DNA from: a virus
Taxonomy: Duplodnaviria > Caudoviricetes
Strand: one strand, 5' to 3'
Length of the DNA: 27,506 bases
IMG/VR virus record: IMGVR_UViG_3300035228_001376
Location: 1-27,506 of that record
Within the stretch, counting starts at the first letter, position 1, and each line of letters begins with the position of its first letter. Position numbers and translations under genes: made by a program. Under the pieces are notes generated by a model that saw only the letters and a program-made list of their open reading frames with translations, was not told the origin of the DNA and made no database searches. This document shows, piece after piece, positions 15,701-25,000 of the stretch.

Positions 15701-17418
15701 ATGGTAATACCACTATAGTCTACTTTAGAATACTGCTTAACATCAGAGTTAAAGGTCTGTCCAGCACCAACGCTACTGTAGAGTGATTTTACATCAGCAA
15801 CACTGTATTCTATAACTGAAGTTGAAATTCTTCCATCATCAACACCATTAAATACGAGTTTCTCTCCTTTAAGGAAAGATCCTTTAGTGCCATATGCAGT
15901 TACAATACCAATAGCAGTATCATATCGCAAGTGTGCTGTGGCACCACTAGACTTACCAACAATATATGTTGGCACAGTTAATGTTGATGCTTGATTGAGA
16001 CTAATCTCAGTATATGGTTGAATATCATATAACGTAACATCCCACTCATTGATATCGGATGCTACCGATGAGTATGATCCAGACTCCAGTGCATAGTCAT
16101 ATACACGAGCTACACCAATTTCTTTACCAGCAGGGGTAGTACTTGTTACACCAATTCTAGAATCTCTAAGGCTAATATTTGATGATGTACTAAAACCAAT
16201 TCTAGGAGCACCAAATGTTCTATTAAGAGTTAAAGTAGGTCCAGTAAAGTAATTAACTGCTTGTTCTTTTAATGTTTTAATAGATCTAGTTTTGGGGAAA
16301 TCTAGATAATGAACTGTACCAGAATCTACCTCAAAACCCCGAATAAATGCTTTACCTGGGGAGATCTTATATGTTGCTAAATCACTACTAGGAATATTAC
16401 TATTATACGTTAACTGATCTCTTGAGAAGATGCCATTATTACCCTTACGATCATCAAGAGACTCTCTAGAATGAATAGAAAATGGTTTTACATAGAAGTC
16501 GCCAGACTGATCATAGGTTCTCCTTGCAAGTTCTTCTGCTAACTCATTATATTTTGTTCTGTCTTCTATATGCTGTAAATCGCCATCCCTAATCAACATT
16601 AACTGAACAAAGTTTTCACTTTTATCAGACTCTAAAGGTCTCTTTGCAAGCAAAGCACTAATTCTAAGTCTGTCTGCACCTGGGGCAGCATAATTATTAA
16701 AACCCTTTGCATTATCAGTAAGAGTATTGTCTTGATTTGATGAGATTACTTCCTCAAAGATTTCAAGACCAACCCTATACGATGGATCCGATTTATGAGC
16801 ATCCAGAATTAAAGTTTGTGACGGAACCTTTACAAACGTTCCACGAAGAAAATATACGCCTTCTGTTAAAAATACTGCCGAACCAATAGCAGTTGACTTA
16901 ATTGGTGCAGTATTTGCAAATCCCTGACCAGATTGGAAGTTTACAATAGTAGTTGAAAGATTATCCTCTAAAAGGAGAGTCTCGTCATCGTCAAAAATAT
17001 CTTTACCTTCATTACCTGCACCAACATAACTTACAAAGAATGTGTAGTAACCGCGTTCAGATGCATCCGTTCCTTCATAAAAAACTATTTTCGCAAGTAC
17101 ATTGGAGTTTTGACCTCTAATGTATACATTTACTAGATCATCCGCGTAGTTATCAATAGGAACCCCAAGATATTCGGGTTCAACCTCTACAGAAAAGAGG
17201 GTATTATTATAGTTAATTTGTCCTGGTATGACAATAGAACCCTCTTTAAATAAGTGGGTTCCAACCTGTTCAACTTGATCTTGAAGAACTGCTTGGAGTG
17301 AAGTTAACTCCCTGGCTTGAACTGGCAGCCCTGGTTTAAATAGTACTCTGTAATAATTCTTTTCAGAATCAAAATCATCAAAATAAGGAGATACATTGAG
17401 ATTAGTTTCTTGTGGCAT
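9754..17418 (-). CDS. Large virion structural protein (DUF4815 / VrlC-like), 2554 aa
   Basis: NLNVSPYFDDFD...RVLFKPGLPVQARELT, APGADR, LARRTYDQSG, RYRMQDIAILEDRIKNLEYYTALS, RFKSGIFVDNF, DPLAQSF, GSLFKSQNGSTW, terminal PRIRDLRVIALA; lies between gp8 and gp13. Confidence 0.9.
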   Translation of the reverse strand: MPQETNLNVSPYFDDFDSEKNYYRVLFKPGLPVQARELTSLQAVLQDQVEQVGTHLFKEGSIVIPGQINYNNTLFSVEVEPEYLGVPIDNYADDLVNVYIRGQNSNVLAKIVFYEGTDASERGYYTFFVSYVGAGNEGKDIFDDDETLLLEDNLSTTIVNFQSGQGFANTAPIKSTAIGSAVFLTEGVYFLRGTFVKVPSQTLILDAHKSDPSYRVGLEIFEEVISSNQDNTLTDNAKGFNNYAAPGADRLRISALLAKRPLESDKSENFVQLMLIRDGDLQHIEDRTKYNELAEELARRTYDQSGDFYVKPFSIHSRESLDDRKGNNGIFSRDQLTYNSNIPSSDLATYKISPGKAFIRGFEVDSGTVHYLDFPKTRSIKTLKEQAVNYFTGPTLTLNRTFGAPRIGFSTSSNISLRDSRIGVTSTTPAGKEIGVARVYDYALESGSYSSVASDINEWDVTLYDIQPYTEISLNQASTLTVPTYIVGKSSGATAHLRYDTAIGIVTAYGTKGSFLKGEKLVFNGVDDGRISTSVIEYSVADVKSLYSSVGAGQTFNSDVKQYSKVDYSGITISPKSGSAPGISTVTSSDQVFTNLIKSGDLVSFTNNLLGSTSIKTYAKVDSVTDPNNIIISGITTVSLINDGGLPTSSINPADFQIIGTRFQSSTDNTLYTPLPKEFVSSVDLTKSTISIKKEFNVTITANATNTIQAGDNETFLAYDEERYVLINSQGGFEELTADKFRYTNGGRELRIFGLDVTGSGRLIATLKKTNVTNKVKNSIKTNSIIVNKSKLSSSGIGSTTLNDGLTYGSYGYGLRVQDKDVCLLEPDVIKVYAVFEADDNGQPNIPNITLFNLNGPTGKTDDFIIGEEIVGQTSGAIGLFIEKPTSSIAGLVYLNDLRFEIGESILTETTGITGTINDFDLGDENILSRYTLDSGHRETIVDYSRLIRKPSSKAPRRQLRVIFESAEYSDSTEGDLTTISSYDQFDYCDLPLLRDNTRLSDVLDIRPRVRQFNPNSTTTSPFEFNSRTFEDGTNSAKNILASDESILITYGHYLPRIDKIYFNPDGGFQLLKGVPSESPLPPLPIDNALEVATINLPPYLCNAENVSISLKSHKRYRMQDIAILEDRIKNLEYYTALSLLEAKTEALIIPDDSGLTRFKSGIFVDNFTSTQNQLKSGNITNSIDPLNTELRPSHFTTEVDMLVGSRSLIGIGTTANPNVSPAFVTDIVGSNFRRTGQVITINYVDGLEIQNPFATRVENVTPYLVTTYSGNIELFPTSDIWIDQVRLAPQRINVDDYTQSRLQLEFAGYDAQTGLGPVRWGAWAATWTGSSATVARSTVTTGSSSVQSGRTITTTNQLRTTAVTTTTRTGTENRAGERLRVSEQTETINEGDRVVSSDVVAFMRSRNVEFTGRKFKPRTRVYGFFDGVNVNGFVVPKLVEIRMISGTFTVGETVTGSMSTSATPTVIGASPTISFRVAQSNHKYGPINQPTDTYALSPYDENYTIPQNYSSSSVILNVDTRTLSESNQSRYFGWIRTGMRLRGATGEAEVTDVKLVTDRIGTVIGTFFIPNPNNPTNPTFEVGTKVFRLTSSSVNSTIGGLTDTSGEEAYFASGTLNNVQETIRSTRKPRFERRATAEARPATDVQVTTAITNSTSTSVRVLPPPPPPPPPPPPPPRPRPSAPPRPSVRPRPAPRPRPAPPPRPPRPPRPPRPPRPPRPPRPPRRGKDPLAQSFTIVDDPGAFVTEIEVFFRTKDPLLSVTVQLRPMVNGYPSNEIYPFGEVILESDQIEESFDATVPTTVLFPAPVYLNGGTEHCVVLLSQSNEYTVWISRMGEVDISTLLQAESRQVLVSAQPHLGSLFKSQNGSTWNASQYEDLKFSLYTAGFDESATISFFNPELDKGNSQIANLVKDAFEFESKRVILTGQDIIDTSSLVIGNTIIQENANVSGDYVGAGGSATGDLTIINAGIGYTPSNGTQFTFANVPLVTFSGNGRNATADITIGAQGSTNGIAIGATINTGGSGYQVGDVFTVGNFGNDQLGRNLQLSLGNVTGINELIIDNIQGEFELNGAKPLQFISAAGITTLTSVSGGNTRILDFELATLAEDGLHIKVNHKNHGMHSTLNTVRIAGVKGDIKATNLTAEYTNSDSGPISVASTLGYNTFENVSVASTNPGYVLLDDEIISYTGVAAGQLIGITRGIDNTRTFTYPLKTSIQKYENNGISLRRINTDHALQDALVNRSITLDSYYIRVNTAINGVDRSSGSGLNKLYINSAKSSGGEFIYATQNIQYEAVRPIVQTMTLPGTTISAELKGISATSVDGNEISFIETEKTNINLDEDTYLPEPRMVASRVNELAQLNSLPGNKSMELTFTLSTANSNVSPVIDLDRVGMVMISNRVNAPITDYKNDPRTASLNEDPTAFIYANKPVELENPATSIKVLLAGYVNTYNDIRAFYSISNSPEIEPLYYPFPGYTNLDVNGKILDFAESNGLPNKKVSKTDVLASDSDNLIYKDFEFSIDTLPEFKYFTIKLVGTSTNQAYPPRIRDLRVIALA
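12241..12429 (-). repeat. GC-rich coding repeat: 14 consecutive Pro, an RP-rich spacer, then (RPP)x7
   Basis: Plus-strand (TGG/CGG)14 at 12388-12429 and seven degenerate 9-nt units at 12247-12309. Confidence 0.95.
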
Positions 17419-17424
17419 AATCCT

Positions 17425-19008
17425 TTAGAATTGCAAAATAACTTTGATATCTTCTCTTTGATTTACTGACCTAGTAATGGAAGGTCTATTATCAACGTAA
17501 AGTATGATTCCAGAATATTTTTCTGCTTCTGGATCTGCGACACCCTTAATATAAGTTTGTCCCAGGTAGTATGTTCTATTATTTATCACGGTACTAATAC
17601 CTGGATTTGTGTCTGTTCCAAATCCCTCATCAATGAACAATTCTTTACTTCCACCAACAATTTTTAATGAACCCCCTCCTTGGAGAGTGCTAGAAAATAA
17701 ATTTTGATCATAACCAAATTCAGGATTTGATTTTTGAGTCCCATCAGTATTGAATCCGACAAGAGATCTATCTTGCCAGTACCTTAAGACACCAGTTTGA
17801 GCATCATATGAGATAACCCTGCCAGTAGCAGTAACTCCTGTACCAATTGTTTGCTTGATTAAAGAATTTGCTTCAAATGTAGTTGTTTTAAAATCTTCTT
17901 GGTTTGGTGATTGTCCTTTGAGGACAAGACCATATAAAGCACTTGCCCTATCATCAGATAAGACTGCATTTGATTTAAATCCTTTTGGATTTTCTACAAT
18001 ACCAATTCTTGCGATAGATGCTCCAGTAACAAAGTCTGGATTTTGATCATCATTTTCAATTCTAGAGTAAATTAGAACATTAGTTGACCCAAGTTCTGAA
18101 TATATATTGGACCCATGACCACCTGGTGGTGGAATAATTATATCAAAAATAGGTGTTGTTGATCCTGTTGGAACATTACCACCAACTAAGTCAATACTGC
18201 CATATGTATATCCAGTACCACCATTAGATACTGTAATTGACTCTACTTTTGAATCATTGTTTACGACAATGGTACATTCTGCATCATTACCATCTCCTTT
18301 AATTGGAACCCTAGAATATGTAGAGTTTGGAGGACCAACAAGGAAACCTCTATTCCTAACAGTGACAGTTTTTAACTGCCCACTAGTAATTGCATTATTT
18401 TTAACCGTGGTATACTCGGCATTAGTCTCCCAATCAACAGGAAGTGGAATAAAGTTTAGAGAGTCAAATTTAATTACATCACTAGGACTAATCGTATAAA
18501 GATACTTCCAAACATATCCATCACCACTAGTACCAGCAGATCTTGGTTCTAAATCGGTAAACTTTGGTTCATCTAGAGAAGGTTTTCCATTAGGATTCTC
18601 TGGATCAATTCCATTATTTAAACAAATATATACTCGGAACTCACTATTTAAAATATAATAGTTCGACGCATATAAACTTGTTTTGTTTGATGGTTTTGAT
18701 AAGTTATTACGATTCACATCATGACGATACATATCGTAAATGGTTGCAGATGCCCACTGAATCTTTCTTACGACTGGTCTGATATCATCAGCAGAAATCT
18801 TTTTGAGTGCCACCATAGTATCCCAATATGTATTGGAATCGTCAAAGCAATCTCTTGGAGAGGGTGGGGAGGTATCCCATGACGAAGCAACTTCTGAGGC
18901 ATTAGGTAGTCCAATAAACGTATAATACGAGTTATTGGCGTCCCTAATTTTCTCAATAAAGTTCCTAGCGTTATTAACTCTCAATAAATCAGTTATAATT
19001 GCTGCCAT
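17425..19008 (-). CDS. gp8: Baseplate wedge subunit gp8
   Basis: MAAIITDLLRVNNARNF, YTFIG, VYICLNNG, DGYVWKYLYTI, PPPGGHG, terminal YSGIILYVDNRPSITRSVNQREDIKVILQF. Confidence 0.94.
   Translation of the reverse strand: MAAIITDLLRVNNARNFIEKIRDANNSYYTFIGLPNASEVASSWDTSPPSPRDCFDDSNTYWDTMVALKKISADDIRPVVRKIQWASATIYDMYRHDVNRNNLSKPSNKTSLYASNYYILNSEFRVYICLNNGIDPENPNGKPSLDEPKFTDLEPRSAGTSGDGYVWKYLYTISPSDVIKFDSLNFIPLPVDWETNAEYTTVKNNAITSGQLKTVTVRNRGFLVGPPNSTYSRVPIKGDGNDAECTIVVNNDSKVESITVSNGGTGYTYGSIDLVGGNVPTGSTTPIFDIIIPPPGGHGSNIYSELGSTNVLIYSRIENDDQNPDFVTGASIARIGIVENPKGFKSNAVLSDDRASALYGLVLKGQSPNQEDFKTTTFEANSLIKQTIGTGVTATGRVISYDAQTGVLRYWQDRSLVGFNTDGTQKSNPEFGYDQNLFSSTLQGGGSLKIVGGSKELFIDEGFGTDTNPGISTVINNRTYYLGQTYIKGVADPEAEKYSGIILYVDNRPSITRSVNQREDIKVILQF
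17580..17587 (-). promoter_or_regulatory. Possible internal late promoter for the 2554-aa gene
   Basis: Minus-strand GATAAATA within the gp8 3' end, about 160 nt upstream of the ATG at 17418. Could be a chance match in AT-rich coding DNA. Confidence 0.35.
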
Positions 19009-19033
19009 TTTTGGAAGAACTTTTTCTATAATC

Positions 19034-19041
19034 TATTTATT
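19034..19041 (-). promoter_or_regulatory. T4-type late promoter upstream of gp8
   Basis: Minus-strand AATAAATA overlapping the upstream TAA, about 25 nt before the gp8 ATG. Confidence 0.82.
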
Positions 19042-22000
19042 AGGAAATATAACCGAGATATTTGAGTGGATTTTTACGTCTCAATATTGGATTGGTTGTA
19101 ATACCAGATTGAGACCCATTATGTGCCACATCCCAGTTCTTGGGTCCAATCCTTACGGGAAGACCAACTTTACCCCATGTGTAGTATCCATAGAGTGCAG
19201 TTGTAGCAACACCAACTACGTTATTTGATCCAGCACTTTGTAGAGACACAACAACTGATGTTACTGTTGTTCCAAGACCAACGGTTGTTCCAAGTCCATT
19301 CAGACCTGCAGGAACTACGGATTGTTTTGTATAGTAGTCAATACATTCATAAGTCATGTCACCATGAAGTGTTGATATTCCAATTACAGAACCATCAGCA
19401 CTAAGAGAAGTTTGACCAGCACTTACAAAGTTAGTCTGATTAAGGTTAAATAAATCTCCAGTTGTAATTCCAGGGAGAGTTATATTCAATCCACGTCTCA
19501 TATCAGAATCCATTGGGATATATAAGTCAAAGACCACTCCCATACTGGTTCCTGCACCAATGGTAGTTGTACCAACACCGACGACTAATCCATAGTCACC
19601 CTCATATGTTACAAATCGACATTCCTCAAGACCTCTATCTGGTGTAGCAATCAGTACTGGAGGTGGACTAATTGTTGCGACATTAAATTTAATTGGAGAA
19701 GAAAGTGCAAACTGCCTGGATGTTGTTGCAAGACCGACATTATCGTAAGTATCAACAATCAAAGTGTCCCCAATTTGATAATTTGCACCACCTTGCAATA
19801 TAGTAACTGAAGCAACTTGAAAGTTAATTGGACTAAGTTCAATGTCAGCAACAGCACCCACACCCACACCAGATGTATTTTTAAGTTTTGCTCCTCTGAA
19901 TACATTATTGGAACCATCAATTGGTGGGAATCCAGCACCCTGTTGCTGAACTGTCATAGAAGCAAGAGGCCCGTAATAGTAATTTGATCCACCAGCACCT
20001 ACTGATACTGAGATTAAAGATCCACCAGCACCAACAACAGCTCCACCCGTTGCTTGTGTGCCACCTGGATATGGAGATGCAATAGTTACCTCAGGTGCAG
20101 ACGTATACCCATATCCTGGATTTGTAAGAATAACATTTACAATAGATCCTCCTGCACCAATAACTGCAGTTGCAGTTGCGGGTATTACATTATCTTGAGA
20201 TATGATCTCCACCTCAGATCTTTCATCTGCACCGATTCCTTCAAATGGATTATCAAATAATGGTCTAAGGTCATACACATATACTGAACTAGCTCCAACA
20301 CCAATATTACTAATAATATTTGTATTTGGATTAACTATTGGTTCATAGTAGACTCTATCCTTACCAATGTATTCATTATCAATGATCTTATCAACTTGTT
20401 GCTTAGACCAAGAAAGTGGTCTCTCAAATAGTTCATCTAGTGTTACACCTTGACCAGCATAGTTATTTGTAATAACTTTATCTGCTGCCTTAATTTCCAT
20501 TACCAGTCTAGGATCTTCAGTAAACGTTGTATTTTGGTTACTATAAAGTTGAACCTCGTCACCAACTTTAACACTGGGCAAAACATCCACTGTGCGAACG
20601 TCAATATCTTGTGTACCAGTGTACATAAAGATTTTCGCAGTATCACCTTCTGTTGTAAATCCAGTAACACCACCTTTAGGTGCTTCTGTAAATCTAATGG
20701 TGCTACCACCAGTAAACTGATAACCTTCTCCAGGAGTCTGGAGAATGTCGTTAACAAATACCAGAAGATTGGATTGGAGATTAATACCAGAGTTTGATTT
20801 TGCGAAGAATGAAATGCTGTCTCCATTTACAGATAGTGGGAATAGTCTTCTTGCCCCATTGAAGAATAAATCAACTCGGTCAAGAACGATAAACTCACCA
20901 ACATTCCAACCAGAGAATTTGGATGCGAATATTTTATCTACAGTTAGTTCAAACTGAGAGTATGAACCAACACCAACAAATACATGTTGATATTGTAAAC
21001 TTGCTGGTGATGGTCCAGCAAATACGGTGATACTGTCAGAAGTAAAGGAGGTAATACCTACCGACTTACCATAGATGTTTGTATCCTTATTTGCTCTTGG
21101 ATATGCTTCAATGCTACTATAATTATCAAGAGAGCACTTGAACAACAGTGACTCATTGGCAAGTCGAATACTATTTGCAGTTGTTAAATTATGAGTTCCA
21201 ATGGTGAGAACAGAAAGACCTGTCGCAGGATCATAAGTAGCATCCGTAACAGGATACTTGACCAAAGTAGATATACCAACAAATATTGTGATTGTATCTG
21301 TTGTTCTACTTGTAATTGCAGTTACAATTCCAGCAATCGGGTCAGTTGCTTTTGGATAGTATGTAACAGTTGAACCGCCGTCCATGCCACAAGTAAATGC
21401 GATTGTACCTGTGGCAATACCTACAGTATTCGATGTTGTATATGGGTGTCCTGGAATAGTTAGAATAAGTTCTCCAGTAGAACCAGAATAAGTTGCCGTA
21501 GTTGGAGTAGTTGTGCCAATTCCTGTTACATTGACACTTCCTGCTTCGGCACTTACAAATGTGTGTGGATAATCACCACCAGCAACAACAGGAAGAATTG
21601 CATTGGAGGTCTTTGTAGCAAATGTTTGAATTCCAACAGTTCCTCCAATTGCAACAGTCAATTTCTCGCCAGAACCATACCCATATCCAAATTTATTAAC
21701 TTCAAAGTTAAGAATGGTACTATCAAAACTTGGAATAAGATCGACAGTTGCTCCAGTACCAAATCCAACATTATCTGATGAATAAATTAGATCAATACCA
21801 TCAAGTGGTAATGGTTGATCAATTACAACATCAAGAGGCATTCTAACTTCACCACACCTCTTATATTCATGAGTATATGGAGATATGCCAGAATTAATGA
21901 TGAATGAGAAATCATCAACAATTTTAATAACAGTTGTTCCATCTACAGAAGGATCTTGCCCCGTTGGTGAGTTATTAATTTGTCTAGGCGCTTTAATAAT

Positions 22001-25000
22001 CTCTTCAACAATACCACCAGAACTGTAGAAAGTTGGGACAGTACTTACGCCAACATTGATTTCAAATTCAGTAATACTATTAATTTTAGTAACTGGTGTA
22101 CCACAATAAGTTGGATCACTGACTCTTGGATAAGTATGAATTCCAACCCCTAGATCACAAGTAAATCCAAGTCCAGTAAGAGCAGTATCGGTGCCAATTT
22201 TAAGTTTGTGACCGAAGGTTAATGTTCCACCACTTACGTAATAATGAGGGATAGTAGAAATTCCTGCATTAAATGTAAGCGTATTCCAATTTGGTGAAGA
22301 AGAAACACTAAATGTGTCTCCAAGAGGAGAGTTTTGAGCATTTCCTGGGAAGATATTTGTTGTAATACCAGTTTGAACAACACCACCAGTCACATATGCA
22401 TGAGAGATTGAAGATATACCAACACTTACAGTAAATGAAGTTGTTGTTCCAACGTTATTGACATTGAAGAAATATCCTTGAGATCCATCTGGGAACTTAG
22501 TTGTAGTAAGTCCAGCGGTTACCTGACCAGCATCATTCTCAACATAAGAGTGTTGGATAGTTGATATACCAACATATAATTCAAACTTATCGGATGCTAT
22601 TACATTAGTAACAGAATACGTATATCCTTGAGTTCCATCTGGGAAGATGCTAGTGGTAACACCAGAACCTCCTGGACAAGAGAACTGAAGATTGTCAAGT
22701 CTAATATCACTACCAATTCCTATAATACCAGTAATAGGCTGAGAAGTAGTAACTGTAGACAAACCAGTAGCATTGTCATACTTGAACTGTGTAACCGTAA
22801 ATGTCTGTCCATAACCAGTTGCTCCTCCAACGTTACAACTAAAAATAAGTTCTCTCATCTTAAAGTCGTCGGATGCACTCAAACCATGATCTGTTGTGGT
22901 AAATACCGTTGCTAATCCAGTCGTGTTATCATATACAAAATCATAAACACCAAAAGTTTGACCATAACCAACACATGATAATCCCAATCCAGCAAGACTA
23001 AAGCTTCTTCCGATAGCAGTCATCGGAACAATTTTCATTGGTTCCAATGTTGTAATTGTTGCAAAACCAGTAAGATTGTCATAAGTGAAGTCACTTACGG
23101 TAAACGTAGAGGTTCCAGTACTAACTGTCATGATGCCAGTTGTATTGTCATACAGGGCGTTTGTAACGTCCACTGGTGGGTAGTAATCACAGGTGAATGC
23201 TGCACCTACAACTTGGACTTCATTACCCAACTGCAAGTTATGTCGGAGTAAAGTTGTAACAGTTGTTATACCAGTTACAGAACTATATCCAATATTAGTT
23301 ATTTCTTTAGGTTCATAGAAGACTTTAGTGCTAGTAATAGCAACACCAACAACATGACCATCAACAATAGTTGCAATACCAACATTAGTGATATTTGCTG
23401 CACCAAAACTTGCAGTTTGAATACCTACAGATACAGTTTGTAAACCAGATCTATAACCAGCACCAGAATTACCAATTGAAATGCTTTCAATTGTTCCTGT
23501 TGAAGATACTAAAGCAGTTGCACCAGCACCAATTAGGGGTTGGAATCCATATCCTTCTTTAGAGGCAACACTAACAATGATGCCACCTTTTGGAACATTA
23601 TTTACATTAATATCACTATGAATTTGTGGGTCAGTAAGTTCTCCATTAAATCCAAGTTCTAATGCACCACCACCAGCTTCTAATTTATAATCACCCTCAA
23701 TATTAGTAAGAACATTACCGAGTCTTTGAGGACCTTGGAATATATCATCAATTAGAATGATTGTGTTCTTTGCAACAATATTATCAATATCATTTCCTTT
23801 ATATTTTAAGGTAAATGATGTTGTTAGTCCATTGAATTCATTGGAAATATCATCATATACAAAGTTATTGTCATATGCAGGTAAGAAACTTGTAGTGAAT
23901 GCCTGACTAAGTGCAGATCTTAAGAAGATGCGACCACTAAATCTGGAACTAGTAGTAAGTCCAGAGTAATCAACATCACCAGCATCTCGTGCGGTTGTTC
24001 CTAAACCTACAGGTACATTGCCCCAAGGACCTTCAATAAAGTGAAGACTATTTCTGACAACACTATAGTTGCCCGCCTGTCTAGTCATGACATCAGAAGA
24101 ACTATGAGATGCCTCAGTTGATCCCATCCATCCTCTTCTAACTGTGAAGGTATTGCTAATATTATTAGATGCTGCAACAAGCATTACCTCATCATTTACT
24201 CTAAGAAGATCTCCACCAAAGATTGAGGTAACACCGACAACATTGATTATAGTTGATCCAATACCAACACCTGCACTTAAGGCAGTAGTGACAGCAGTTC
24301 CCACCATTGGGGATTGAATAGTTCCATTAACCGTAATTAAGAGTCTATTGTTGGGTTCAATTGCTCTAAAAATATGGGTAGATCCTATACCTACACCAGT
24401 TAAACCAACACCAATTGGGTTAAAAAGAAGTGCATTTGTTGCGGAAATGGCAACTCTGACCTTCTGATTATCTTGTTTAATAATAAAGAATTGAGATGGT
24501 AATAATGTTGTGGTTCCAATTCCAACACCAAAGTCAGTTTCTTGAATTTGAATTGAATTTGCTTTATTATTTCCTGGTGGAATATACTCAATGAGTTCTC
24601 CACTTACAAAGTAGTGATTATTAACATTAATTGTTCCCTCTCCAATCCCAATACGAGTAGAGTCACTACCGTTAAACTCAATTTCAAAAATAGGATTATT
24701 AGATGTAAATAATTCAAATCCTCTCTGTTGCCCATTAAATTGATCACTAAAGTCATCAATGGTCAGAACTCTGTTACCAATAAACTCTTGATATTTTGCA
24801 AGGAAGGGTAAGTTGAATAGTATCTCATTCGATACTAATTTGCCACTAACATCGATACTTTTTTCTCGTCCAATATCAAAATCTTTAACAGTATTGATAT
24901 CTACAATATTTGTTAGGTCCGAAATTGCAATAACAGTATTTAAATCTTGAGATGTTTGAATACCTGATATAGTTGGATCATAAGAATCGATCACTAACTC

